From the NCBI RefSeq assembly GCF_026278345.1, contig NZ_CP111085.1:4620282-4684281 (forward strand): 64,000 bases of DNA. Direction: 5' to 3'. The notes beneath the pieces were generated by a model, which was not told the DNA's origin, did not search any database, and saw only the letters and a list, made by a program, of their open reading frames with translations. Below are positions 34,728-44,925 of this stretch, one piece after another. Position numbers and translations under genes: made by a program. This DNA is from Tellurirhabdus rosea (GTDB lineage: Bacteria; Bacteroidota; Bacteroidia; Cytophagales; Spirosomataceae). How positions within the stretch are numbered: the first letter of the stretch is position 1; each line of letters starts with the position of its first letter.

Positions 34728-36361
34728 TTACCAGCCGGGATTCTGCTTCAGGTTTTTCGGCGCGCGGTTGAGTTCCACCTGCGGAATCGGGAAGCGGTAC
34801 ATCTTGGCGTTGAAAATCCGGCGGTCCACCTCAAACCGCTCGTACGTCAGGGCCGTGCCGTTGCGCGTAATTTTGATGCCCGTAACGGGCCGGTTGAACA
34901 GCTGTTCGCCCCGCTTCCAGCGACGCACATCAAAGAAGCGGTGTTCCTCGAAACACAGCTCTACCTGCCGTTCCCGCTGAATCCGTTCGCGCATCTGGTC
35001 TTTGGTCAGGCCGGCCGGCAGGGCGGGCATGCCCACCCGCGCCCGGATCTGGTTGACGGCAGAATAGACGTCGGCCACCGGTCCCTGGGCTTCGTTGAGC
35101 GCCTCGGCATAGTTCAGCAGCACTTCGGCATAGCGGAACATCACCCACGGACGACGCACGTTGATGGCCGAACCGACGCCCCAGAAGGCGCTTTCGCTCA
35201 TGAATTTGCGCATGTAGTAACCCGTCTTGGTGCTGTTGACATTGGTCGGCACCCGGTCGCGGCCCCCTTCGAAGGTCTCCACGGCCCGCCCCTTGAAGGT
35301 CTGCCCGTTGGTGATGATGAACAGCGCCAGACGCGGATCGCGGTCGGCGTACGGGTTGGCCGGGTTATAGCCCGAGGTCGGGTCGGTGATGGGCTTGCCG
35401 GTCGAGCGCACGTCGAAGGCGTCCACCAGTTCCTGCGTCGGATTGGTACGGCCCCGCGCCCCGTCGTAGCTGATGGGAGCGTTGTTGAGTTCGAGCGTGT
35501 TGTTGTTGTCGGCCTGGGTCGCAAAGATCACCTCGTTGTTGTAGGCCAGCGTGCCGTAGTTCCAGAGGTTCGGCAGCTGCGCCTGCGTCAGCAGGTTGTG
35601 CTTGCCGGTCGCCACCACGGCCCGGGCGGCATCGGCGGCCCGCTGCCACTTCGTAACGTCGTTGCCTTCGTTGTTGAGCGGGCTGGCCGCGTACAGCAGC
35701 GTCCGGGCTTTCAGGGCCAGAGCCGCCGTAGCCGTGGCACGGCCTTTATCACCGGCTCCCAGATCGACCAGCGACGGGGTGAGGACGGCCGCGGCCGAGT
35801 CGCAGTCCCGCGCAATCTGGGCGGCCACCTCATCCACCGTGCTGCGCGGCAGATCGAGGTCGTCGGACAGCGTAAAAGATTTGGTCGCCAGCACGATGGG
35901 GCCGTAGCGCCGCATCAGTTCGAAGTGGAACAGGGCCCGCAGGAAAAACGCCTCGCCGCGCAGTTTCGGAATGTCCGAAGCCGGAGTAACGCCGCTTTCG
36001 GGCGCTTTTTCCAGAAAGATATTGGCCCGGCGAATGTAGTTGTACATGTTGGCGTACTGGTCGTCATTCGTCCGCAGCGAACCCCAGGTGTCGTTGTTGA
36101 AAATATTGATCGACGACGTGAGGTTGGAGTTCACCGCTTCGTCGGACGCCTGCGACAGCATCGAGCCGTTGCCGTCGAGGTTGTACCGGTTCAGCAGGCC
36201 GAAGTACACGTTGTTCAGAAATCCGCGGGTGTTGCGGTCCGACGACCAGATGTCGTTCTCGTCCCGGATGTTTCCGTCGGTATACGTAAAATCGAGATAG
36301 TCGTTTTTGCAGGCGCTCACCAGCGTCATGATGGCAAAAACGGGTATGAATAATTTTCTCA
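34728..36361 (-). CDS. susD: SusD/RagB-family nutrient-binding outer-membrane lipoprotein
   Basis: The start is moved to MRKLFIPVFAIMTLVSAC (lipobox). C-terminal motif FEEHRFFDVRRW. It lies 7 nt downstream of the SusC-like gene. Confidence 0.85.
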
Positions 36362-36369
36362 TAATGAGG

Positions 36370-39300
36370 TCAGAAAGAGGCCCGTAAGCCTGCGTAAACG
36401 GTTTTGACGTACGGATAGGCACTGCCCCGGCCCGCGCCCGGAATCTCCGGATCGACGTCGATGCCGAGTTTGTCGAAGGCAAACAGGTTGAAGCCGCCCA
36501 CGTACACCCGGGCGTTTTTCATGCCGAGCCGGTTCTGGAAGATTTTGGGAAACGAAGCCCCCAGTTCCACATTCTTCAGCCGCAGGTAATCGCCCGAAAC
36601 GAGCCAGAAATCCGAGGCAGAGGTGTTGTTGGCCCGGTCCGAAATGCCGAGACGCGGATAACTGGCCGACGTTCCGGTGGCCGGGGTCCAGCGCTTCAGG
36701 CTTTCCTGGTTAAAGGTAAACGGACCCGAGTTGACGATGCCCTGGATGTCCAGCGTCCGTCCGGCGATGCCCTGAAAGTGCAGCAGCAGGTCGAAGGGGC
36801 CGTATTTCAGCGTGGTGCCGAAGCCGTAGTACGTTTTGGGCACATCGCGCAGGTCCACCCGCACCCGGTCGAGGTTGTCGATAATGCCGTCCGGCGTGCC
36901 GTTCACCCCGCCGATGTCCTGATACCGGATGTCGCCCGGAACCACCCGACCCGACAGCACCTGCCGCGGGCTGGCGTCAATCTCGGCCTGGTTCTGGAAA
37001 ATTCCGTTCGAGACAAAGACCAGCCGGCTGCCCACCACGCGGCCGATCGTCTGCTGGTAGGCCGGAAGGCCCGCCTGCCCGTTTTCGGCCAGCACGCGGT
37101 CGTCGGAGGTCAGCAGGTTGCCGTAGAGCGACACCAGAAACGCGCCGATCTGCTTTTCGTAACCCAGGTTCAGTTCCACGCCCTTGCTCTCGACCTCCCC
37201 GGCGTTCACCGTAAGGGTCTGGCCCAGCACGCTCGGAATAGCCGACTGCGTCAGGATGCCCGTGCGGTTCGTCCGGAACACATCGACCGAAGCCGAAAGC
37301 GCCTGTCCGAACAGTTTGAAGTCGGCTCCGGCATTCAGCGTCGTCAGCGTTTCCCAGGTGATGTCCGGGTTGTTGATCGACACTTCGTTGGCCGAGTTGG
37401 TCGCTGAGAAGCCCGTGCCGAACACGTAGCCGCCGCCGCCGGTATTGCGGGCGAAGAAACGCTCAAACGGGAAGCGGGAGCCGCCGATGTCGCTGCTGCC
37501 GGCCTGTCCGTAGGAGGCGCGCAGTTTCAGGTAATCCAGCACCGGAACGCCTTTCAGGAAGCTTTCGTCCGAAATGACCCAGCCCGCCGAAACGGCCGGG
37601 AAAAAGCCGTAGCGCTTGTCGGGCGGGAAGTTCTCGGAACCGGAATAGCCGCCGACAAAACCGAGGTAGTAGCGGTCGCGGAACGAGTAATCGACCCGGG
37701 CCGACAGACCCTGTCCGCGGAAATCGAGCCGCTCGGGGGCGACGCTGACCACCCGGGACGCGCGCAGCGAGGCGTTGACGGTGTGCGCGCCGAACGAACG
37801 GTCGTAGTCCAGCCCGGCCCAGGCTTCGTTGCGGCGGTTGGTGCTGGCAAAAGCGGCCGAACGGTAGCTCAACGGCGCCTGGTTCCGGAACGTCACGGGG
37901 GCGCTGCCGCTGGCGTCGATGACCTGATAATCCCGGTTCAGGCCCGACAGGTAGTTGCCCTGAACGTCGTAGTTGAAGTTGATATTGGCCGACAGGCCCG
38001 GCAGCCAGAAGTCGAGCTTCTGCCGCACGTCCAGCGTCGCCATCAGCACCCGGTCCGTCGAACTGGTAAAGCCCCGTTCGCGGAGGATGCCCAGGGGGTT
38101 GCTCTGGAACTGCGAGGTGCCGCCGTACGAGCCGTCTTCGTTCTGGATCGGGAAGGCGTTGGGCGGCGTGTTGTAGAGCAGGCTCAGCAGCGAACCGGCT
38201 TCCTGGCTGCCCGGCTGCCGCCGGTTCTCCGACCGACCGGCTACGTTCAGCCCCACCGTCAGGTTCTTGTTGACATCAAAATCGATATTGCCCCGGAAAT
38301 TGAACCGGTTGAAGCCCTGGTTCGAGTTGAAATCCGGATTGTCCGTAAACCGGAACAGGCCGTCCTGCTTGAAATAGCTCATCAGGGCAAAATACCGGAC
38401 CGTGTTGCTGCCGCCGTCGGCCGAGAGCACGTAGCGCTGCGTGGCCGACGATTTGTTGAGGAACGTACCGATGTAGTTGTTATCCGGGTACCGGTACAGG
38501 TTGCTGCCTGTGCGGTAGGCCGTCAGGGCCGCGTCGTCGTAGATGGGCTGGCTGCCGTCGTTGACCAGCGCCTCGTTGTACAGCGTGGCGTAGTCGTAGG
38601 AGTTCAGCGGCTGGATCATCTTCTCCGGCGTCTGAAAGCCGCCCTGCACGTCGAGGTGGATGTTGTTGCGGGTAGAACTGCCCTTGCGGGTCGTGACCAG
38701 CACCACGCCGTTGCCGTTGCGGAGGCCGTACCAGGCCAGCGAGGTGGCGTCTTTCAGCACCGTGATGCTTTCGATCTCGTTGACATCGATGTCGTTGAAC
38801 GGCCGCTGAACGCCGTCGATGAGCACGCGCACGGTGTTGGGACCGAACGTGGTCAGGCCGCGGAGCTGGAACGAAGCCCCGTCACTGCCCGGAGCCGTGC
38901 CCGTCTGCTGCACGTACAGTCCCGGAATGCGCCCGGCCAGCGTCGCGTTGGCCGAGGCGATGGGCACCTGCGGCAGGTTGCTCGCCCGGAACGTCGTGAT
39001 GGCGCTGTTGATCTGGCGTTTCCGGCGCGTCCCGAACGGGATGGGCACCTCGTCCTCGTCGCCCGCGTCGATGAGCGCCGGGTTCAGCGTCACGCTGATT
39101 TCCTTGTCGCCCGTGATGGTCACGGTTTTGGCCAGAAAGTCGCGAGTCTGGATGACCAGCACATCGTTCAGCGCAGCCCGGATGGAAAAACGGCCGTCTG
39201 CGCCGGTCCGCACTTCGGCATTGCCCTCCTGCACGGCCACCGATACGCCCGCCAGGGGCCGGTCGTTGGGGTCCGTCACGATGCCCGAAAAAGCGGCCTG

Positions 39301-39390
39301 TGCGGCGGGCTTGTCCTGGGCGAAGGCGCTGACCTGAACCAGTACCAGCAGCAGGTACACGGTTCGTTTGAGAAAAGTATATAGTTTCAT
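36370..39390 (-). CDS. susC: SusC/RagA-family TonB-dependent outer-membrane transporter
   Basis: Signal peptide. CarbopepD_reg-like domain. TonB-plug region (VLKDATS). ~1000 aa with a C-terminal aromatic residue. Paired with the downstream SusD. Confidence 0.9.
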   Translation of the reverse strand: MKLYTFLKRTVYLLLVLVQVSAFAQDKPAAQAAFSGIVTDPNDRPLAGVSVAVQEGNAEVRTGADGRFSIRAALNDVLVIQTRDFLAKTVTITGDKEISVTLNPALIDAGDEDEVPIPFGTRRKRQINSAITTFRASNLPQVPIASANATLAGRIPGLYVQQTGTAPGSDGASFQLRGLTTFGPNTVRVLIDGVQRPFNDIDVNEIESITVLKDATSLAWYGLRNGNGVVLVTTRKGSSTRNNIHLDVQGGFQTPEKMIQPLNSYDYATLYNEALVNDGSQPIYDDAALTAYRTGSNLYRYPDNNYIGTFLNKSSATQRYVLSADGGSNTVRYFALMSYFKQDGLFRFTDNPDFNSNQGFNRFNFRGNIDFDVNKNLTVGLNVAGRSENRRQPGSQEAGSLLSLLYNTPPNAFPIQNEDGSYGGTSQFQSNPLGILRERGFTSSTDRVLMATLDVRQKLDFWLPGLSANINFNYDVQGNYLSGLNRDYQVIDASGSAPVTFRNQAPLSYRSAAFASTNRRNEAWAGLDYDRSFGAHTVNASLRASRVVSVAPERLDFRGQGLSARVDYSFRDRYYLGFVGGYSGSENFPPDKRYGFFPAVSAGWVISDESFLKGVPVLDYLKLRASYGQAGSSDIGGSRFPFERFFARNTGGGGYVFGTGFSATNSANEVSINNPDITWETLTTLNAGADFKLFGQALSASVDVFRTNRTGILTQSAIPSVLGQTLTVNAGEVESKGVELNLGYEKQIGAFLVSLYGNLLTSDDRVLAENGQAGLPAYQQTIGRVVGSRLVFVSNGIFQNQAEIDASPRQVLSGRVVPGDIRYQDIGGVNGTPDGIIDNLDRVRVDLRDVPKTYYGFGTTLKYGPFDLLLHFQGIAGRTLDIQGIVNSGPFTFNQESLKRWTPATGTSASYPRLGISDRANNTSASDFWLVSGDYLRLKNVELGASFPKIFQNRLGMKNARVYVGGFNLFAFDKLGIDVDPEIPGAGRGSAYPYVKTVYAGLRASF

Positions 39391-39424
39391 TTTCAGAAAA
39401 TGAGTCGAAAAGTGAAAAGGGCGC

Positions 39425-41122
39425 TTACCAGCCCGGATTCTGTTTCAGGATGCCGTTGCTTTTGAAAATCTCATTCCGGGGAATGGGATACCGGTGCATG
39501 TGCTCTTCAAAGACGCGCTGGTAGATACCCGGCATCGGGATGACGGTGTACTTGAAGGTGCCGTTGGCGAGCCGTTCAACATCCATCGCGGTGATGGTCT
39601 GGGCCACGATCTGCGGCCCGCGTTTCCAGCGCAGGATGTCCCACCAACGATGCTCTTCAAACGCCAGCTCGACGGCCCGTTCGTTGTGGATGCGGGCGCG
39701 CATCTGGTCCTTGGTCAGGCCCGTGGGCAGGGCAGGCATCCCGGCCCGCGTCCGGATCTGGTTGACGGCCGTGTAAACGTCGGCCACCGGCCCCTGCGCT
39801 TCGTTGAGCGCTTCGGCATAGTTCAGCAGGATTTCGCCGTACCGGAAGAAAATGAAATTCAGAATCGCCGCCGTGCTCTGGCCGCCCCGAACCGATTCGG
39901 GCCACAGTTTCCGGACATAATAGCGCGTCCGGGTAAAGCTGTTGGAACCGGGCTGGTAGTCGGCCCCGAACGTCGCGGGCGTGGTCTGGTTATTGACCCA
40001 CATCGCCAGGCGGCGGCCCTGCCAGGTCTGGTCGTTGTAAAGAATGTTGGCGTAGAAACGCGGGTCGCGGTTCGTGTACGGCGCCTGCGGGTTGTAGCCC
40101 GAGGTCGGGTCGGTGATGGGCTTGCCGTTGCTCATTTCGTACAGATCGACGTGGTTCTGCGTCGGGTTCAGCTGGCCCTGCGCGCCCCCGGCACTCGGCG
40201 GGATGATGAAGTCACCCAGGAAGTTGCCGCTGCCCGAACGCGACGGACGGACCTTGATCATGATGTATTCCGGCGAGGTGGCCTGGTTGAGCAGCGTGGT
40301 ATACTGCGCGTGCAGGCCGTATTTGCCCATGTCCATCACCGATTTGGCCGCATCGGCCGCCTTCTGCCAGCGCGCCGCGTCGCCCGTCGGGTTGTTGAGC
40401 GGACTGGCATCCATCAGCAGCAGCCGCGACCGCAGCGCCCGGACCGCCCCGACCGTCGGACGGCCGTTGTTGCCCGCGTCCCAGTCGGAAGCGGGGGAGT
40501 AGATGGTTCCCCAGGTCGTTTTCGACAGAATGTCCTCGGCGTCGGCCAGGTCTTTGAGGATAAAGGCCACCGTTTCTTCGTAGGTGTTCCGCGGCAGGTC
40601 GAGGTTGTCGGTCTGCGCCAGCGGTTTATCCAGCAGAATGACGCCGCCGTACCGCTTCACGAGTTCGTAGTAGAAAAACGCCCGCAGGAACAGCTGCTGC
40701 GCCTTGATGAGCGGTCCGTTCTGGGCTTCGGTCCATTTGACCTTGTCCACGTTGGCCAGCACCACGTTGGCGTTGCGGATGCCCTGGTACATGCGGGTGT
40801 AGACGCTGACAACGTCGGTAGAAAGCCCGTCCAGAAACTTGCCCTGGTTCATCGTCAGCACGCCGTGGCCGGTGTTGGGCTCGGCAAAAATCGCTTCGTC
40901 GGCAAACTGGCCCGTGGTGCCTTTGTAGTTCTGCAGGGTGCTCAGGCGGCCGAAGTCATCGAGCAGGTAATTGTAGGAGTTATCGGCAAAACGGGTCGCC
41001 AGCACGGGGTCCGTGAAGACGTTGTTCTGCGAAATCGCCACGCCGGGGTCACGCTGGAGGAAATCCTTTTCGCAGGACATCGTCAGCGTCGCCAGCAACA
41101 GAAGGGAAAAATATCGTTTCAT
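39425..41122 (-). CDS. susD: SusD/RagB-family nutrient-binding outer-membrane lipoprotein (paralogue of 34728..36361)
   Basis: The start is moved to MKRYFSLLLLATLTMSC (lipobox). The C-terminal region is near-identical to the other SusD (EALNEAQGPVADVY…FEEHRWWDILRW). Confidence 0.85.
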   Translation of the reverse strand: MKRYFSLLLLATLTMSCEKDFLQRDPGVAISQNNVFTDPVLATRFADNSYNYLLDDFGRLSTLQNYKGTTGQFADEAIFAEPNTGHGVLTMNQGKFLDGLSTDVVSVYTRMYQGIRNANVVLANVDKVKWTEAQNGPLIKAQQLFLRAFFYYELVKRYGGVILLDKPLAQTDNLDLPRNTYEETVAFILKDLADAEDILSKTTWGTIYSPASDWDAGNNGRPTVGAVRALRSRLLLMDASPLNNPTGDAARWQKAADAAKSVMDMGKYGLHAQYTTLLNQATSPEYIMIKVRPSRSGSGNFLGDFIIPPSAGGAQGQLNPTQNHVDLYEMSNGKPITDPTSGYNPQAPYTNRDPRFYANILYNDQTWQGRRLAMWVNNQTTPATFGADYQPGSNSFTRTRYYVRKLWPESVRGGQSTAAILNFIFFRYGEILLNYAEALNEAQGPVADVYTAVNQIRTRAGMPALPTGLTKDQMRARIHNERAVELAFEEHRWWDILRWKRGPQIVAQTITAMDVERLANGTFKYTVIPMPGIYQRVFEEHMHRYPIPRNEIFKSNGILKQNPGW

Positions 41123-41207
41123 AAAATTTGATGTCTGAAAGCCCGGTTTGAATGGAACGTTAAGCCGCTGACGGGGTCGGCGACCGCCATCAGGGCGGGA
41201 AACCCGG

Positions 41208-44200
41208 TTAGAACTGGGCATTTACCCCGACGTTGAAGACGCGCGTAACCGGAATGGCATTAGCCGGACCGGCGAAGAACGAGCCCGCTACGGCGCTGTT
41301 CTGGTTGTTTTCCGGGTCCAGCCCGACAAACTTGGTCCAGGTCGCCAGGTTCTGGCCGTTCAGGAACACCCGCAGCGTCTGCACGTTCAGCCGTTTGGTC
41401 AGCGCCGACGGGAAGGTGTAGCCGATCTCGACGTTCCGCAGCTTCAGGTAGCTGGCGTCCTGCATCAGCCGGTCGTTGAAGGCGTAGCTCGGCGCGGCCG
41501 TGCTGCGCGGACGGATGGACGGCCAGGTGGCGTTCTCGGCGTTTTCGGGCGTCCAGCGGTTCAGCATGGCGGAGTAATAGTTGCCCCCGGCAAAAATGAC
41601 GTTGGAGTTGACCTTCGTCACGCCCTGGAACAGGGCCGAAATGCTGAAGCCTTTGTAGCCGAGGTTGGGTTCGAAGCCAAACACGTTCTGCGGCACGTCG
41701 GCATACCCGATGGGCACGCGGTCCTGGTCGTCGATGATGTTGTCGCCGTTGATGTCCGCGTACTTGTAGTCGCCCGGAATCACGGCCCCGTTCACCCGGC
41801 TCGCCGGACTGTTGTTGATATCCTCCAGACTGGTGTAAAAGCCGATGACCTTGTAGCCCCGGAACTGCCCGATGGGCTGCCCGGCACTTTTCTGGTAGTC
41901 CGGCAGGTTAACCGGCTCGTCGGTCCGCACGATCTTGTTCTTGGCGTGCGTGTACTGGGCGGTGATGCCGTAGCGCAGCGCGCCGTAAGTGCTCTTGAAA
42001 CTCACCTCGGCCTCATACCCGGAGTTGTAGTTTTCGCCGTAGTTGCTCGACGGCAGCGACTCGCCGTAAATCACCGGCGCGGAGTTGTTGCGGGCCAGCA
42101 GAATGTCGTAGCGTTTTTCGTCGAAAATGTCGGCCGTGATCGACAGGCGGTTGCGCAGGAAAGCCATTTCGACGCCGAAGTTCCGTTTGATGGACTTCTC
42201 CCAGGTCACCTCCGGATTGCCTGAGCGGCTGTGCCAGACCACCGGATACTGCACGTTCGTCGCGCCCGTTCCGAAGCGCACCTGCCGGTTGGGCGTGGCT
42301 GTAAATCCTGTCTCCGGACCCGCGCCGCCGTTGGAATATTCATCCAGATACAGGAAACGAGTGCCGCCTACGCTGCCGTAGCCGATAAGGCCGTAGGAAC
42401 CGCGGATTTTCAGGTATTCCACCCATTTCACCGACTTCATGAACTTCTCCTCGCTGATGGTCCAGCCCGCCGAAACGGCCGGGAAGAGGCCATAACGCTC
42501 ATTTTTCGGGTAGTTTTCGGAGCCGTTGTAGGAGCCGTTGAGTTCGAAGAAATACCGGCCGTCGTAGCTGTAGGTGCCGCGCAGGACAAGGCCTTCGTTG
42601 GCAAACGGAGCCTGCGCTCCTTCCGCGCCGCGCAGCTCGCGCTGGCCGACCAGAACACCCGAGACATTGTGCTTGCCGAAGGTCCGGGCGTAGTTGATGG
42701 CAACCTGGAGGTTTGTCTTGATGTAGCCGTTGTTCTGCGAACTGACACCGCCCAGCGGGTCTTCAAACGAGTTGCGGGCCAGGATCAGCGACTTGGTCGA
42801 GCGGTCCACGTTGAAGGCGGCATAGGCTCCGGTCTGGGCGCGGGTGGCGGCCAGGTAGGCGTCGTAACCGAACGTAACCCGGGCACCCAGGCCCTTCGTA
42901 ATCCGGTCCAGCTTCTGGTCGAGGACAAAGACCGTTTCGATGGCGTTGTTGTTGTAATCGACGTAGCCGTTCCGCTTCATGACGGCGTACGGGTTGAAGG
43001 AGTTCACGCCCACCCGGCCGAAGTCCTCGATCTGGTTCAGCGTGTTGTCCAGGCGCTGTTCTTCCGGGGTGTCGGGGTTCGTGTATTCGGGGTAGAACGG
43101 AATGGCCCAGGCCGGAATGGCGTACATCCGCGTCAGCAGGTACTCCGGACCCGATTCGAACCGCCGCCGCAGGTCACCGTCGTTGGCGTTGGCGATGAAC
43201 GAATAGCGGTCTTCCAGACGGCCGCCCAGACGCAGGCTGAGCGTCGTGGTCGGCGTCAGGTTGAAGTCGAGGTTGGAGCGGAAGTTGTAGCGCGTGTACG
43301 AAGGCGTGGTGCTGTAGCCCGACGGCGTTTTGAAGTCCTTGAAGCCGCCATCCTCGAAGAGGTAGCCGAGCGAAACGAAGTATTTGATGGCCTTCGTGCC
43401 GCCCGAGAAGTTGAGGTTGTGCTGCGTCCGGAGCCAGCTCGGGCGCGTGACGGCCTTGAACCAGTTGGTGTTCGGATACAGCAGCGGATCGCCCGTGCCT
43501 TCCTTGTACACCCGGAGGTCTTCCGCCGTAAAGAGCTTCTGGAAATTGGCCGGTACCAGCCCGTACTTGATCAGGTTTTCCTCGCCTTCGTTATGCAGCA
43601 TGGCGCTGTTGTAGGCGTCCAGAAATTCCGGCACCTGGGTATAATTGACCCGGCCGACGTTGCCCGAATACGACACCCGGGGCTTGCCCGTTTTGCCGCT
43701 CTTGGTCGTGACGATGATAACGCCGTTGGCCCCTTTGATCCCGAAAAGGGCGGTGGAGGAAGCGTCTTTGAGGACCGAAATGGATTCGATTTCGTTGGGG
43801 TCGATGTCGCCGAAGCTTTGCCGTTCGACGCCGTCCACGATGATCAGCGCGGCGGAGTTGCTGGAGGCCCGGCCCCGGATGGTGATGTTGGCCCCGCTGA
43901 TACCCGGACGGCCGCTGATCTGCTGGGCAAACAGACCCGTTACCCGGCCAACCAGCGCGTTGGAGGCGTCGGTCACGGGCGCTTTCGTAATCGCTTCCGT
44001 CGTCACGGTGCTGATGGCGGCCGTCTGTTCGCTCTTTTTCTGCGTACCGTACCCGACCACCACCACTTCTTCGAGCGATTTTTCGTCCGACTGCAGGGTG
44101 ACATCGTAGGTAGCGCGGGAACTGATGGCCACTTCCCGCGTCAGGTAGCCCACGTAGCTGAACACCAGAGTACCGCCGGCGTCGGGCACATTGAGCCTGA

Positions 44201-44456
44201 ACAGCCCTTTGTTGTCGGTGACCGTTCCGCGGGTGGTTCCTTTCACGACGACTGTCACGCCGGGCAGCACGTCGCCGCGTTCGTCGGTGGCGCGACCGGA
44301 GATTTCCCGGTCAACAAGCGCCGGTCGTGTGGCGAGAGAGCTCTCGTGCGGAGATGAAGTGAGGCGCGCGAGCGTCTGGGTGTGGCCGGTTTGCGGATGA
44401 GTCACCAGCCAGCCGGTGAGCAGACCGCCACACAATGCACAGTAGAAACGCTTCAT
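41208..44456 (-). CDS. susC: SusC/RagA-family TonB-dependent outer-membrane transporter
   Basis: CarbopepD_reg-like domain (VTVVVKGTTRGTVTDNKGLFRL). Plug region (VLKDASSTALFG). 1082 aa. C-terminus NAQF. Confidence 0.9.
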   Translation of the reverse strand: MKRFYCALCGGLLTGWLVTHPQTGHTQTLARLTSSPHESSLATRPALVDREISGRATDERGDVLPGVTVVVKGTTRGTVTDNKGLFRLNVPDAGGTLVFSYVGYLTREVAISSRATYDVTLQSDEKSLEEVVVVGYGTQKKSEQTAAISTVTTEAITKAPVTDASNALVGRVTGLFAQQISGRPGISGANITIRGRASSNSAALIIVDGVERQSFGDIDPNEIESISVLKDASSTALFGIKGANGVIIVTTKSGKTGKPRVSYSGNVGRVNYTQVPEFLDAYNSAMLHNEGEENLIKYGLVPANFQKLFTAEDLRVYKEGTGDPLLYPNTNWFKAVTRPSWLRTQHNLNFSGGTKAIKYFVSLGYLFEDGGFKDFKTPSGYSTTPSYTRYNFRSNLDFNLTPTTTLSLRLGGRLEDRYSFIANANDGDLRRRFESGPEYLLTRMYAIPAWAIPFYPEYTNPDTPEEQRLDNTLNQIEDFGRVGVNSFNPYAVMKRNGYVDYNNNAIETVFVLDQKLDRITKGLGARVTFGYDAYLAATRAQTGAYAAFNVDRSTKSLILARNSFEDPLGGVSSQNNGYIKTNLQVAINYARTFGKHNVSGVLVGQRELRGAEGAQAPFANEGLVLRGTYSYDGRYFFELNGSYNGSENYPKNERYGLFPAVSAGWTISEEKFMKSVKWVEYLKIRGSYGLIGYGSVGGTRFLYLDEYSNGGAGPETGFTATPNRQVRFGTGATNVQYPVVWHSRSGNPEVTWEKSIKRNFGVEMAFLRNRLSITADIFDEKRYDILLARNNSAPVIYGESLPSSNYGENYNSGYEAEVSFKSTYGALRYGITAQYTHAKNKIVRTDEPVNLPDYQKSAGQPIGQFRGYKVIGFYTSLEDINNSPASRVNGAVIPGDYKYADINGDNIIDDQDRVPIGYADVPQNVFGFEPNLGYKGFSISALFQGVTKVNSNVIFAGGNYYSAMLNRWTPENAENATWPSIRPRSTAAPSYAFNDRLMQDASYLKLRNVEIGYTFPSALTKRLNVQTLRVFLNGQNLATWTKFVGLDPENNQNSAVAGSFFAGPANAIPVTRVFNVGVNAQF

Positions 44457-44925
44457 AGATAAGGGATGAACATAAATGTTAAGAAAAAATCATGAAATAG
44501 TTCAATTAGGGGCGGACGCGGCTATTCGGGCCATTGCCCCGTTTATAGGTATAAAGACTGGAAATTTTCAATGCATACTGAAAGGCGACAAAAGAAAATG
44601 CCGTTGAAAATAAATAGGGGAAAAAGAACCAATTTTGCTCTTTGCAAGCGCTTGCGGTAACGTTTGCATGAAAAGTCGTACAAGAGAGGCTGATAATTGG
44701 TTTTCGGCTCCGGGTGTCCTGTAGTGTGCTGCACGCAGGAATGTCTTCGGCTTTTCGGCTTATTAAATCCTGGAAAAAGTAAAAAATGGTCCGGGCAAAA
44801 CTGTTGCTGTTCCGGAGGTAAAAGGCCCGTTTTGGGGTCCGTTTTTCACATCTTCATGCGAGTTGGCCGGGGTTGCGACTCGGTCCGCTTCCGCTTATCT
44901 TTGACACGATTGAAAAAGGAGAAAA

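Noticed and set aside
42231-44357. 708-aa antisense ORF over the SusC gene. Other antisense ORFs lie at 37783..39384, 34941..36353, 39494..41131, 17714..19375, 20449..21792, 21799..23097, 27671..28705, 51441..52961 and 6493..8718.
   Set aside because: Each opposes a gene with clear family motifs. These are stop-codon-depleted antisense frames of a high-GC genome, not genes.
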